From: Candidatus Portnoybacteria bacterium
GTDB taxonomy: Bacteria; Patescibacteriota; Minisyncoccia; Portnoybacterales; GWB1-42-6
Assembly: GCA_028688325.1 (NCBI GenBank)
Contig: JAQTYI010000001.1
Location: 104,820 to 168,819, forward strand
Length of the DNA: 64,000 bases
Reading direction: 5' to 3'
Shown one piece after another: positions 9,532 to 18,903 of this stretch. How positions within the stretch are numbered: position 1 is the stretch's first letter; each line of letters starts with the position of its first letter. Made by a program: the position numbers and the translations under genes. Below the pieces are notes generated by a model, which was given only the letters and a program-made list of their open reading frames with translations, searched no databases and was not told the origin of the DNA.

Positions 9532-9912
9532 CTATATTCCCAGCACTTTTTTAATTTTGGCCACCACTTCGGTGGGCGTAAAATGCGCTTTGATGATGTA
9601 GTCGCTGGCGCCCAGCGACATGCCCTTTTCCACTTCTTCTTTTTGCCCAAGATTCGTCAGGGCAATGATTTTCATATCTTTCAGAAACCCTTTTTCTTTT
9701 AGCGCCGCCAAAACCTCAAACCCGTCTTTTTTGGGTAAAACGATGTCCAGCAAGACCAGTTTGGGCTTTATATTTTCTGCCTTGGCCAGCCCTTCCTCTC
9801 CATTAAAAGCGGTCTCCACGATAAAACCGCTTTCGGTCAATTTGGTAGCATACATCTCCGAAAGAAATCTATCATCTTCAATGAGTAAAATTTTGATTTT
9901 TTCTTCGGCCAT
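9532..9912 (-). CDS. Stand-alone CheY-like response regulator receiver domain
   Basis: MAEEKIKILLIEDD...LLDIVLPKKDGFEVL...KIIALT. The track ORF 9532-10059 is trimmed to the ATG at 9912 because its 5' extension overlaps the pilB 3' end. Confidence 0.65.
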   Translation of the reverse strand: MAEEKIKILLIEDDRFLSEMYATKLTESGFIVETAFNGEEGLAKAENIKPKLVLLDIVLPKKDGFEVLAALKEKGFLKDMKIIALTNLGQKEEVEKGMSLGASDYIIKAHFTPTEVVAKIKKVLGI

Positions 9913-10003
9913 ACATAATAAAATTATTTTAATGTCAAACATCAAGTGTGCGAACCTCCGATGCGCTTGCCGCGCCGACCGGCGCCGCAAAACTTCAATG
10001 CAT

Positions 10004-11662
10004 TTATTCTTCCGCCGCCTCTTTTTGCAGCACCTCCACCGACCCGATAAGCTCCTCAAAAGAAATGACGCCGCGCAGAACTTTGATTATCCCGTCCTGT
10101 TTCATCGTTGTCATGCCCTGGCGCGCGGCCTCTTTGGCGATTTTTCCTTCCGTCGCCCCCTCAACCACGATTTGCTCAAGCTGAGGCGTCATGGTGAGCG
10201 CTTCAAAAATGGCGATGCGCCCTTTGGTGCCTTTTTGCGCGCAAAACTTGCAGCCCGGCGCTTGCCAAATTTTCAAATTTTTAAAATCAACATCCTTGAC
10301 GCTCTCCTTGGCCGTCGTTGGCAATTCTGCCACTTCCCTCGCCAGCAGCTCTTTGACTTTCGGCGCCGGTTCAATCGCTTTTTTGCACTCCGTGCATAGC
10401 CGCCGCAACAGCCGTTGCGACATGGCCAAAGACAAAGCGGAGGGTATCAAAAATCTTTGCACGCCCATATCGGTCAACCGCGGAATCACGCCGACGGCGT
10501 TATTGGTATGGATGGTTGAAAGCACAATATGGCCGGTCAAAGCGGCATGCGTCGCCAACTCGGCGGTTTCGCTGTCGCGAATTTCGCCGACCATGATGAC
10601 ATCCGGATCCTGGCGCAAGATTGAGCGAAGCCCCGAAGCGAATGAATAGCCGATCTCCGGCTTGATCTGCGACTGGCTTACGCCTTCTATATAATACTCC
10701 ACCGGGTCCTCCAGGGATACGATATTCACCGCTTCTTCGTTCAGGGTTTTCAAGATCGCATACAAAGTCGTTGTTTTGCCGGAACCCGTGGGGCCGGAAA
10801 GCAATATCATGCCGAAGGGTTTGCCGATCGCTTCTTCAACCACCTGGCGATTATGACCATCCAGCCCCAGCTGTTCAAAAGTCCTCACCCCTTGGCTGGG
10901 ATCCAGCAGGCGCAACACGACTTTTTCGCCGAAAGCCGTCGGGAAAGTGGAAACGCGAAAATCAATTTTATTGTTGTCAATGACCGAATGAAACCGCCCG
11001 TCTTGCGGCACCCGCGTTTCGTCAATTTTCAAAGAAGATAAAATTTTTATCCTGGAAACGACCGCCGGCTGAATGGCCCGAGGCAAAAGCAAGCTGGTGT
11101 AAAGGATTCCGTCCACCCGGAAACGGATTTTTAAGCGGTCCTCCACCGGCTCAATATGGATATCGGAAGCCCGGCCTTCGTTAGCGTGGCGCAAAATGAC
11201 CGCCACGATTTTAGTTATCGGCGCTTCCGCCATCACCCGCTCCAGCGCCGATTCGGCTTCCAGCTTTCTGTCTTCATTGCCGGCCGTTTCGTCGCGGACA
11301 GACAACTCTTTTTCCAACTCCGACAAGGCCGTGTCCACCTCTTCTTTCAAGGTGCGGTATTGCTTCAAAACATTCTTAAAATCATTATCCGTAATTAAAA
11401 AAATCTTGGGAACAAAATTTTTGTTTTGGGCGATAAAACGCAAGGCCTCCTGCGATTTTATGTCATCGGGATTAAGCATTCCCACATCCAAAACATTCCC
11501 TCTTTTTTCCAGCGGAACGAACTGATAAAAAGTCGCCGCTTCTTCGGTCATCTCCCTTAAAACCTGCGGCGGTATCAGCTTGCCAGTCAAGTCGGCCAAA
11601 GGAACGCCCAACCCCTTGGCGCGCTCTTGAGCAAGCTTTATTTCATTGGCTGGATTGGGCAC
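10004..11662 (-). CDS. pilB: Type IV pilus assembly ATPase (GspE/PilB family)
   Basis: 552 aa. Walker A GPTGSGKTTTLY. Tetracysteine motif CTEC...CKFC. N-terminal GSPII-like domain. Confidence 0.85.
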   Translation of the reverse strand: MPNPANEIKLAQERAKGLGVPLADLTGKLIPPQVLREMTEEAATFYQFVPLEKRGNVLDVGMLNPDDIKSQEALRFIAQNKNFVPKIFLITDNDFKNVLKQYRTLKEEVDTALSELEKELSVRDETAGNEDRKLEAESALERVMAEAPITKIVAVILRHANEGRASDIHIEPVEDRLKIRFRVDGILYTSLLLPRAIQPAVVSRIKILSSLKIDETRVPQDGRFHSVIDNNKIDFRVSTFPTAFGEKVVLRLLDPSQGVRTFEQLGLDGHNRQVVEEAIGKPFGMILLSGPTGSGKTTTLYAILKTLNEEAVNIVSLEDPVEYYIEGVSQSQIKPEIGYSFASGLRSILRQDPDVIMVGEIRDSETAELATHAALTGHIVLSTIHTNNAVGVIPRLTDMGVQRFLIPSALSLAMSQRLLRRLCTECKKAIEPAPKVKELLAREVAELPTTAKESVKDVDFKNLKIWQAPGCKFCAQKGTKGRIAIFEALTMTPQLEQIVVEGATEGKIAKEAARQGMTTMKQDGIIKVLRGVISFEELIGSVEVLQKEAAEE

Positions 11663-11760
11663 AGAAAAAAAGAATCGTGAATTGTGAATTATGAATTATA
11701 ATTCAATTTTCCCTAATTCATCATCCGCGATTCATTGTTCGTTATTCACGCGTCCCGACC

Positions 11761-12102
11761 TTAATACGGAGCGAATGGATTTTCTCTCCCCCGCTGGCCG
11801 ATGCTTACGGGAAATTCGCCGTTTTGCGTCAACGCCTCAAATTTCTTCTCCTTAAAAACCATATTTTCCAGATCGGCTTTTCGCAAACCGTCAAAAAGTT
11901 TGTTATCTTGGGCCGTCTGCGCGGCGTCGGCATCCGGCGCGCCGGTCTTGGCGGGTGAAGAATCGCCTTTTATCCCAAGATATAAAAACACCGCGGCAAC
12001 AATAACGATCAAAACCAGCAGATAGCTCATCTGCTCGGTTTTTTTCCGCTGCTGCGTTTCTATGTTTAATTCTTTGTTCACTCCGTTTGGAATAATCGCC
12101 AT
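11761..12102 (-). CDS. Small single-pass membrane protein in the T4P operon (function unknown, possible PilP-like accessory)
   Basis: 113 aa with one TM helix (YLLVLIVIVAAVFLYL). The assignment rests on its position only. Confidence 0.35.
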   Translation of the reverse strand: MAIIPNGVNKELNIETQQRKKTEQMSYLLVLIVIVAAVFLYLGIKGDSSPAKTGAPDADAAQTAQDNKLFDGLRKADLENMVFKEKKFEALTQNGEFPVSIGQRGRENPFAPY

Positions 12103-12111
12103 ATATAAAAT

Positions 12112-12672
12112 TTATTCGCGATAATAAGCATTGATTAAAACCTGAAAATCGGTCTGCTCGGAAGATGCAGAAACATTAAAATTCACAGACGAAACATCCA
12201 TTAATCTCAGATTGCTTTCCACCGCCTTCAAAAAATTCCTGAATGCGTTTTCCGCGCCGCTTAAACTGATGTCCAAGACAGTGTTTTTGGCGAAAGCCGA
12301 AACGCTTTCGCCGCCGGACGAGGAAGGCGCGGCGGCATCCTGTTTTTTAGCCGGCGAAGAAAAAGCGATTGAATTCAAGATCAAGCCGTTCTGCGAAGAC
12401 AGCGCTTCCATTTGAACCAGAAGCCCGGAAAGATCTTCTTTTCGCGGCACAACCGCGGCCATTTTTTCGGCCTCGCTTCCCAGGGCGCTGTATTTTTTGT
12501 CGAGCTCTCCCAATTTTTGTCTCAGCTTGACGGTGTCTTCCAATTTCGCCTGCCAAGCGTTGCGCTCCTTGCGCAACAAAGAAACATCGCCGTAAGCCGG
12601 CAAAAAAATCTGCCAGATGAAAAAACCCAGCGCCAAAATTAAAATTATCAAAATAAATCCCTGTTTGTTCAT
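12112..12672 (-). CDS. pilO: PilO-like pilus assembly protein
   Basis: N-terminal TM, coiled coil, then a C-terminal domain. Located between the pilN-like gene and pilB. Confidence 0.5.
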   Translation of the reverse strand: MNKQGFILIILILALGFFIWQIFLPAYGDVSLLRKERNAWQAKLEDTVKLRQKLGELDKKYSALGSEAEKMAAVVPRKEDLSGLLVQMEALSSQNGLILNSIAFSSPAKKQDAAAPSSSGGESVSAFAKNTVLDISLSGAENAFRNFLKAVESNLRLMDVSSVNFNVSASSEQTDFQVLINAYYRE

Positions 12673-12683
12673 TTTCTTTTTTG

Positions 12684-13328
12684 TTATTTACGCAAAAACT
12701 TGGGGTCAAAATTCAAGCCCGCCTCAAAAGCGACGCCGCCCAATTTATCAAGTTTGATTTTGCTAACGGACACATTTAAAAATCCGCTTTCCCGCAAAGC
12801 CAGTATTTGCTTGGCCAGAACGGAATAATTGCTCGCCGCGCCTCCAAGCTTAAGAGATCTTTCGGCCGCCAACAGATTCAGCGATCGCCACTGCACCTGC
12901 GGCAAAGTGGCGGCGGCCAGTTTGTTAAAAAACTCGGAGACGAAATTATGGGAAATCAGCAGCTCCTTGGCCGACTCGGAACTTTTTTCCAAATTGATGA
13001 TTTTCAGGGCCGTTTCTTTGTCTTTGTCGCTGAAAACTTTGGATTGCTTGTCTTTCAAGCCGATTATTTGATCGGTTAAAGAATTTTTATAATAAAACAT
13101 CCCGCCCCACAGCGTCAGCGCGGCAACCATTAAAATGCTGCAGATTATTATGCCCGGACGCGTTAACGATTGGCCGACATCCGTCAACCTGGAAAGATCG
13201 ACGGATTTCAAATCAAACTTTCCCGAGCCGGAACCGGGCAAGCTGCCATTCGCGTTTTCTTTTGTTTTATATTCCTTGGGAAGCAGATCCATGTTTAAAA
13301 TTTTAGCGCCGCTCCGCGACTTATTCAA
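12684..13328 (-). CDS. pilN: PilN-like pilus assembly protein
   Basis: Cytoplasmic N-terminus, a single TM (IIICSILMVAALTLWG), and a periplasmic domain. It directly follows pilM. Confidence 0.5.
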   Translation of the reverse strand: MNKSRSGAKILNMDLLPKEYKTKENANGSLPGSGSGKFDLKSVDLSRLTDVGQSLTRPGIIICSILMVAALTLWGGMFYYKNSLTDQIIGLKDKQSKVFSDKDKETALKIINLEKSSESAKELLISHNFVSEFFNKLAAATLPQVQWRSLNLLAAERSLKLGGAASNYSVLAKQILALRESGFLNVSVSKIKLDKLGGVAFEAGLNFDPKFLRK

Positions 13329-13369
13329 TTATTGCCCGGAGCGAATATTTTAATTTTACATTTTACTTT

Positions 13370-14341
13370 TTAAATTTCCCTGAGCGCCAATCCGACGGCC
13401 ACGGCAAATTGGGGAGCTATCTCTTTTAGCGTCAGTTCCTTTGCCACCCCGTGGCCGATACGCGCAAAAGGGTCGCCGATCTTAACAGGAACTTTCAGCT
13501 TTATGGACAAAAATTCAAACATCTCCTTTTCGCCCGCCCGTCCGCCGGTCAGCAAACATTGTCCCACCTTTTTATTATAACGCATTTGAAAAATGTTAAC
13601 AATGCGATCTATTTCCATTAAGATAATGTCCTTGTTTACGGATTCCAAATTATGGCTCAGTTTTATAAACCCTTGATCCACCACGATAATGTCGGTTCCC
13701 CGCCGGCCAAGATCTATCACCATGAAAGTATTCTTATCGTTGCCGATAAGAGAGCGCACCAAGCTGAAGGCCTCTTGTTCAAGCGCGTCCACGCTCAATC
13801 CGGCCAACCGCACAACATTGGTTATTTTATTTATTATTTCTTTGGGCACCGCCAGCAGCAATATCTGGATCGCCTGATCCTGGCCGGCTTGACCGCCCTG
13901 AATGGAATCGGCCGCGCCCGCCGGTCTGGTTTTTGCCGGACCCGGGCTGCCGGAAATCACGGTCCAATCCAGCACCACTTCGTTCAAGGGCACCGGCACA
14001 TATTTTTGCGCCTCAAAAGAAACTGCCGCCGCCAATTCGTTTTCCGGCATTATCGGCATGGAAATGACCGTGGAAAATGTTTTTTCAACCGGCAAAGAAA
14101 CATTGGCGCTCCGGCCGGTAATTTTCGCTTCGGCGATTAATTTTTTCAGAATATCGGCCAATTCCGCATCTTTCAGGTCGGCAATGTTAAAAATCGCTTC
14201 GCTTTTTGCTTGAATTAAGCCGTAGTTCGCCAAAAAAGCCCGTTCGTCCTTCCGGCCGAGTTCCGCAATCTTGATTGACGAACTGCCCAAATCAATGCCA
14301 ATCCGCGTTTTTGATTTTTTTCCGAAAAGCCAATCAAACAT
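13370..14341 (-). CDS. pilM: PilM, actin-like ATPase of the T4P alignment complex
   Basis: GIDLGSSSIKIAEL N-terminal phosphate-1 motif. Ends with ...LTGGRAG. Confidence 0.75.
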   Translation of the reverse strand: MFDWLFGKKSKTRIGIDLGSSSIKIAELGRKDERAFLANYGLIQAKSEAIFNIADLKDAELADILKKLIAEAKITGRSANVSLPVEKTFSTVISMPIMPENELAAAVSFEAQKYVPVPLNEVVLDWTVISGSPGPAKTRPAGAADSIQGGQAGQDQAIQILLLAVPKEIINKITNVVRLAGLSVDALEQEAFSLVRSLIGNDKNTFMVIDLGRRGTDIIVVDQGFIKLSHNLESVNKDIILMEIDRIVNIFQMRYNKKVGQCLLTGGRAGEKEMFEFLSIKLKVPVKIGDPFARIGHGVAKELTLKEIAPQFAVAVGLALREI

Positions 14342-14467
14342 TTTTTAAGCTTAAATTACTTTTAGTATGCCGCGGCTAATTTTTAGCGCGGCGTTTTTAC
14401 CCGTAAAAAACGCATAGCACTCAATGTTGTTTTGTCATGTCGCATAATCAATTCTTTCTTCGCCTGA

Positions 14468-15505
14468 TCAACGAATGCTTTCGGCAAAACTATTGTTGAT
14501 ATAGTCCTCTATCCTCGCTTTTTTATTAATAACGCCGTATTTTATTTCCAGATCCTGGAGTTGATATAATCTATCCACATTAACGACTGGCGGATAATCA
14601 TATTCCGGCAAAGCGCCGATTTCTTTCCAATCGCCAATAACAAATTCGACGCCGGTTTCCGATAAATTCTTTTGGAAATCCGGCCTGTCTTTTTCATATT
14701 TCAATCTTTTGCCGTAGGCCCGGATTATTTTTTCCACTTTGTCTGTGTGATTTTTAATAAAATCCTGATTAAAGACCAAAACTGAAAAATTTAAACGTGG
14801 GTCCAGCCAATCCATTTGGCGATAAACATATCCTGTATCTTCCTTTAAAATGGTTTCTATGTCCCGCGATTTATATATCCCGCCGTCCACTTTTTTTTCT
14901 TTCAGCAGTTCCAAGCTTTTGGCGCTATTTACCTGATCGATAATCTTCACATCAACGGCCGGGTCCATTCCCGCGCTTTTAAAAAATTCTTTCAAATACA
15001 TTACTTCTTCCTGGCTTCCCGACTGAGATAGGAATGTCATTCCCTTCATTTCACCGGGAGAGCCAATTTTGATGTCTTTTCTCAAAATGAAATTCCTGTT
15101 TAAGGCCTGATTATAGCCCAATCCTGTAACGACCGCGATCGGAAGATTTCTATTGACGGCGAACAAAAACGCTCCGCCGTCGACCACTCCTCCGTCAAAT
15201 TCCTTATTTGCGATTTTTTGAATAATATCTCTCCCCGATGTTTCGCCAAAATTGGTGAAATTGTTGTCAAAAATCTTGAATTCGCCGCTTTTCAGATCTT
15301 TGCTGTACAGCTTTACCTTGACATCTTCGCCGTCAAAATAATTTCCTAAATATGTGCGGTATATTATGCTGTTTCTTTTATTGGGAAAGGCCGCCAGCGT
15401 TGTGTCTCGGTTGACAATGTTCGCGTTGTAATAAAACCAACCGGCTATTCCCAGGCCCGACAAAACAATGAATGAAATAATTATTATCGCAAGTCGTCTG
15501 TTCAT
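14468..15505 (-). CDS. Membrane-anchored periplasmic solute-binding protein (NMT1/SsuA-like)
   Basis: 345 aa. N-terminal anchor followed by a substrate-binding-protein-like domain. Confidence 0.4.
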   Translation of the reverse strand: MNRRLAIIIISFIVLSGLGIAGWFYYNANIVNRDTTLAAFPNKRNSIIYRTYLGNYFDGEDVKVKLYSKDLKSGEFKIFDNNFTNFGETSGRDIIQKIANKEFDGGVVDGGAFLFAVNRNLPIAVVTGLGYNQALNRNFILRKDIKIGSPGEMKGMTFLSQSGSQEEVMYLKEFFKSAGMDPAVDVKIIDQVNSAKSLELLKEKKVDGGIYKSRDIETILKEDTGYVYRQMDWLDPRLNFSVLVFNQDFIKNHTDKVEKIIRAYGKRLKYEKDRPDFQKNLSETGVEFVIGDWKEIGALPEYDYPPVVNVDRLYQLQDLEIKYGVINKKARIEDYINNSFAESIR

Positions 15506-15618
15506 AATAAATAATTTTAAATCGCTTAATACTATCCATATTTTATCAAATCAACGACGCTAAGTCCATTGCTCCGCGCGCCGTTCCTATATTCCCATGG
15601 AAATTAACATTTTAAAAA

Positions 15619-15648
15619 TTGACGAAAATACGATTATCGTGATATAAA
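15619..15648 (+). promoter_or_regulatory. Sigma70-like promoter upstream of tctA
   Basis: TTGACG-N18-TGaTATAAA (extended -10), about 65 nt upstream of the tctA ATG. A strong SD sequence GGGAGG lies at 15703-15708. Confidence 0.4.
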
Positions 15649-15715
15649 TTAATTGTTTTAAGTTCAAGTAGGGGGAGTTCTTTTATAATTACATTATAAC
15701 ATTAGGGAGGGAAAA

Positions 15716-17227
15716 ATGCTAAACGCTTGCATTGATGGACTGTTGATAAACCTGCAGCTGATGCCCTTTACCTATATGCTGATCGGCTGCGCGATAGGAT
15801 TTTGGGTAGGAATACTGCCGGGGCTGGGAGGAGGGGCCGCTATGGCTCTTATGATGCCATTCATCTATACTATGACGCCCCGGGAAGCTCTGCCTTTTTT
15901 ATTGGGCATGCATTCGGTCACCGCTACCACCGGGGACATCACTTCGGTCTTGTTCGGGATTCCCGGAGAAGCGACAACCGTGGCCACGATCGTTGACGGC
16001 TATCCCATGGCCAAAAAAGGAGAAGCGGGTCGGGCGCTGGGAGCGGTTCTGACGAGCTCTTTGGTCGGGGCGATATTCGGAGCAATGGTCTTGGCTTTTA
16101 TTATCCCCGTCGTGCGACCGGTGGTCTTTGCTTTCGGCTCCCCAGAAATATTCATGCTGACGATTTTGGGACTAACCTGCATTTCCTCTCTGAGCAGCCA
16201 TGGGAAAAAAGGCCTTTTGCAGGGGCTGATGATCGGCGGGTTTGGATTCATTTGCTCCATAGTGGGACAAGACGGCCAAGTAGGCACCCTTCGTTTCACC
16301 TTCGGCACATTCTATTTGTGGGGCGGACTGGAGATTGTTCCGGTGGCAGTGGGATTTTTCGCTATTCCGGAAATCATAAACCTGGCCATACAAAAAACAG
16401 CCATTGCCGGCAATGTTCCGTTCGGCAAGCTGGGAGCTGGGGCAATAGAAGGAATAAAAGACACCTTCCGGCACTTCTGGCTCGTAATGCGTTGCAGTTT
16501 TATCGGCTCTTTCATCGGACTGCTGCCTGGAGTCGGCGGTGGCATACCCCAATGGATCGCCTACGCCCACGCAACGCAAAGCGCCAAAAACGAAAAAGAG
16601 AAAGATAGTTTTGGCAAAGGAGATATCCGCGGAGTTTTGGGGCCAGGGGCCTCAAATAATTCCCGAGAAGGAGCGGCCTTGATTCCGGTTGTTGCCTTTG
16701 GCATTCCCTCCGGTCCGGGTATGGCCATTCTTCTTGGAGCTCTAATGGTGATGGGAATTATGCCCGGCCCGGATATGCTCACCAAACACCTGGCCCTGAC
16801 CTATTCCATGGTCTGGACAATCGTCATCGCCAATATCGTTTGCGTTGCCGTTTCGCTGCTTTTCATCAACCACATTGCCAAACTCACGACGATCCGCGGA
16901 GAGCTGATGGTCCCCTTTCTGTTATTTTTGTGCTTTGTGGGCGCCTTCACTAGTAATCACTATGGCGACCTTGTTGTGCTGATAATTTTTGGAGGCATCG
17001 GCTACATTCTGATGAGATGCGGCTGGCCTCGTCCGCCCTTCATTCTGGGTTTTGTCCTGGGCCGGGTTACGGAAATAAATCTTTTTACGACCATAACTCG
17101 ATACGAGAAGTTCATCTGGCTTTACCGGCCTCAAGTGATCGCCATCCTGCTGATTATCGCGCTTTTCATCATAGCACCGGGATTCCTGGAGAAATGGAGG
17201 TTGCGCGATGAAGAAAACGGAAATTAA
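15716..17227 (+). CDS. tctA: Tripartite tricarboxylate transporter large permease TctA
   Basis: 503 aa polytopic. Characteristic GLGGG and PGVGGG loops. Confidence 0.8.
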   Translation: MLNACIDGLLINLQLMPFTYMLIGCAIGFWVGILPGLGGGAAMALMMPFIYTMTPREALPFLLGMHSVTATTGDITSVLFGIPGEATTVATIVDGYPMAKKGEAGRALGAVLTSSLVGAIFGAMVLAFIIPVVRPVVFAFGSPEIFMLTILGLTCISSLSSHGKKGLLQGLMIGGFGFICSIVGQDGQVGTLRFTFGTFYLWGGLEIVPVAVGFFAIPEIINLAIQKTAIAGNVPFGKLGAGAIEGIKDTFRHFWLVMRCSFIGSFIGLLPGVGGGIPQWIAYAHATQSAKNEKEKDSFGKGDIRGVLGPGASNNSREGAALIPVVAFGIPSGPGMAILLGALMVMGIMPGPDMLTKHLALTYSMVWTIVIANIVCVAVSLLFINHIAKLTTIRGELMVPFLLFLCFVGAFTSNHYGDLVVLIIFGGIGYILMRCGWPRPPFILGFVLGRVTEINLFTTITRYEKFIWLYRPQVIAILLIIALFIIAPGFLEKWRLRDEENGN

Positions 17228-17708
17228 AAACAACAGCGCAATATGGATAAGTTTGGCATTGATGTTCATCGGCGCCGGCGTGGCCATTACGGCGATCGTA
17301 AAAAAATGGCCTTTCCGGTCCGCCCTGTTTCCGGTGGTCGTCGGCCTTTGCATCCTTATTTTGGCTGCCGCCTATTTATTGTTGGAGCTGTTCGGGAAAA
17401 AAGAGGAAAATCCAAAACAAAAAGTGCTTGATGTGGAAATTTCCTCTAGCATTGACCGGAAAACGGAGATCAGCCGGACCATTTTCATCTTCCTGTGGAT
17501 ATTCCTGTTCTTTTTGCTGGCTGTCTTTCTCGGCCTCCCCGTTGCCACCCCTCTGCTGATCTTTTCGTATCTGAAATTCCAAAACAAAGAAAGCTGGGGG
17601 CTCTCGCTTCTTTTAACCGGCGCAACAATTCTTTTCTTCTGCGTCCTGTTCGTCTGGTTAATGGAAATCCAGTTCCCCGCGGGGCTCCTCATTGAATGGC
17701 TGAGCTGA
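17208..17708 (+). CDS. tctB: Tripartite tricarboxylate transporter small permease TctB
   Basis: 166 aa with 4 TM segments. It overlaps the tctA stop. Confidence 0.6.
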   Translation: MKKTEIKNNSAIWISLALMFIGAGVAITAIVKKWPFRSALFPVVVGLCILILAAAYLLLELFGKKEENPKQKVLDVEISSSIDRKTEISRTIFIFLWIFLFFLLAVFLGLPVATPLLIFSYLKFQNKESWGLSLLLTGATILFFCVLFVWLMEIQFPAGLLIEWLS

Positions 17709-17744
17709 ACAGTCGTTTCCGTACCTTAATTAATATTGATTTTG

Positions 17745-17777
17745 AGACACCATGAGTAATCGTGGTGTCTTTTTTTA
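17745..17777 (+). terminator. Rho-independent terminator after tctB
   Basis: agacacca-tgagtaatc-gtggtgtct followed by ttttttt. Confidence 0.65.
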
Positions 17778-17875
17778 TGATCGCGCGCCTTATATTTTAC
17801 TAAAAATAAAGGGCTGTCCGAGATAAATCTCGGACAGCCCGGATAATGCTTTTACAAAAAACGAAGAACCAAAAA

Positions 17876-18823
17876 CTATTTGCCGGAAAAACCCGACGCG
17901 GAACCGTAATGAGGATTGGCATTGGCCACATAATGGGACGCGTATTTGATCTTACCCATATGGAAATGGAAAGACGAGCCGCTCTGAAAAAAACCATCGC
18001 CCCGCGAACTGACCTCATCTCCCGGCAAATCCATATAGAGTTCATCAACATGCTTGAGGCGCTCCTGATGCGTCAACAGTATGACTGCACCCGCAAACCC
18101 ATCAAGGCCGAATTCCTCGGCAGACATTGTCTCCAACGCCCGGCGGATTGAACAGCCCCGATGCATGAATCCAAGCTGGGCGGCAAAGATTAAAAAGTCG
18201 CAATTCCTTTGTTCTTTGCCCATCCGCCGAAACTTTCCGGCTGTTTTGGCTGATTGCCGAAGATGGCGCGGACCAAGCTGATTTTCCCGCCAATTGTAAA
18301 ATTTACCGTTCCGAGATTTACCGATCAAATCAAGAACAATGCCAAACGCTTCATTGTATGTCGGCGCGATATCTTCCCATTTGGGAACCGCAAACCATCC
18401 CTCGGCTCCGCCCGGAAGAGGCCGTTTAGCGAAGCGTTCATTGGCGCGGGTAAAACCGGGAAAAAATTGACGCAAAAGCCGAAGTTGTTCCGAGATATCC
18501 TTGGGCTTATCATACCCGGAAACATAACCAAAATCCGACCGGACTTCTTCATCCGCAAAGCGACCGTTCGCAGTCAGCCCTTGAAGGATGTCCGTGATGC
18601 GGGCTTGGAGTTCGTCGCTGTTTTCCATAAGCCGCAACTTCCCATTTTTACCGACTCCGGCTCTTTTAGCCGCCGCCCCAAAAACATCTTTTAAAAACCT
18701 ATCATACTTTTTTTGCGTTGATGTTTTTGTTGTACTCTCCCTTTTTTTCATTTTATTTATTTTTTTATTTATGGATATATTTTTAAGATACATCGCTTTG
18801 TCAGCATATGAAAACAACGCCAA
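17876..18823 (-). CDS. Hypothetical protein
   Basis: 315-aa ORF with no recognisable motifs. Confidence 0.3.
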   Translation of the reverse strand: MALFSYADKAMYLKNISINKKINKMKKRESTTKTSTQKKYDRFLKDVFGAAAKRAGVGKNGKLRLMENSDELQARITDILQGLTANGRFADEEVRSDFGYVSGYDKPKDISEQLRLLRQFFPGFTRANERFAKRPLPGGAEGWFAVPKWEDIAPTYNEAFGIVLDLIGKSRNGKFYNWRENQLGPRHLRQSAKTAGKFRRMGKEQRNCDFLIFAAQLGFMHRGCSIRRALETMSAEEFGLDGFAGAVILLTHQERLKHVDELYMDLPGDEVSSRGDGFFQSGSSFHFHMGKIKYASHYVANANPHYGSASGFSGK

Positions 18824-18857
18824 AAAGTCAAATACCGCGCCTTACGGCCGCGAATAT

Positions 18858-18891
18858 AAAAAAAGGGGCGCCTGATGCTAAATGGCGCCCC
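18858..18891 (-). terminator. Rho-independent terminator after tctC (minus strand)
   Basis: ggggcgcc-tgatgctaaat-ggcgcccc with an adjacent A7 run (U-run on the minus strand). Confidence 0.6.
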
Positions 18892-18903
18892 GCATATATT
18901 GTT

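Noticed and set aside
9532-10059. Track ORF for the receiver gene extended 5' to 10059 (MRSLSGRWRCCKKRRRK...).
   Set aside because: The extension overlaps the pilB 3' end and is Arg/Lys-rich nonsense. It was trimmed to the ATG at 9912, where the receiver domain begins.
7699-11525. Long plus-strand ORFs antisense to pilC, pilT and pilB: 7699-8604, 8319-8669, 9620-10399, 10191-10649 and 11196-11525.
   Set aside because: They lie opposite strongly supported ATPase and platform genes and have no motifs. They are typical antisense shadow ORFs.
15802-16785. ORFs overlapping tctA in other frames or on the other strand: 15802-15996, 16000-16308, 16172-16579, 16252-16608 and 16561-16785.
   Set aside because: They are internal to the well-supported TctA permease gene.
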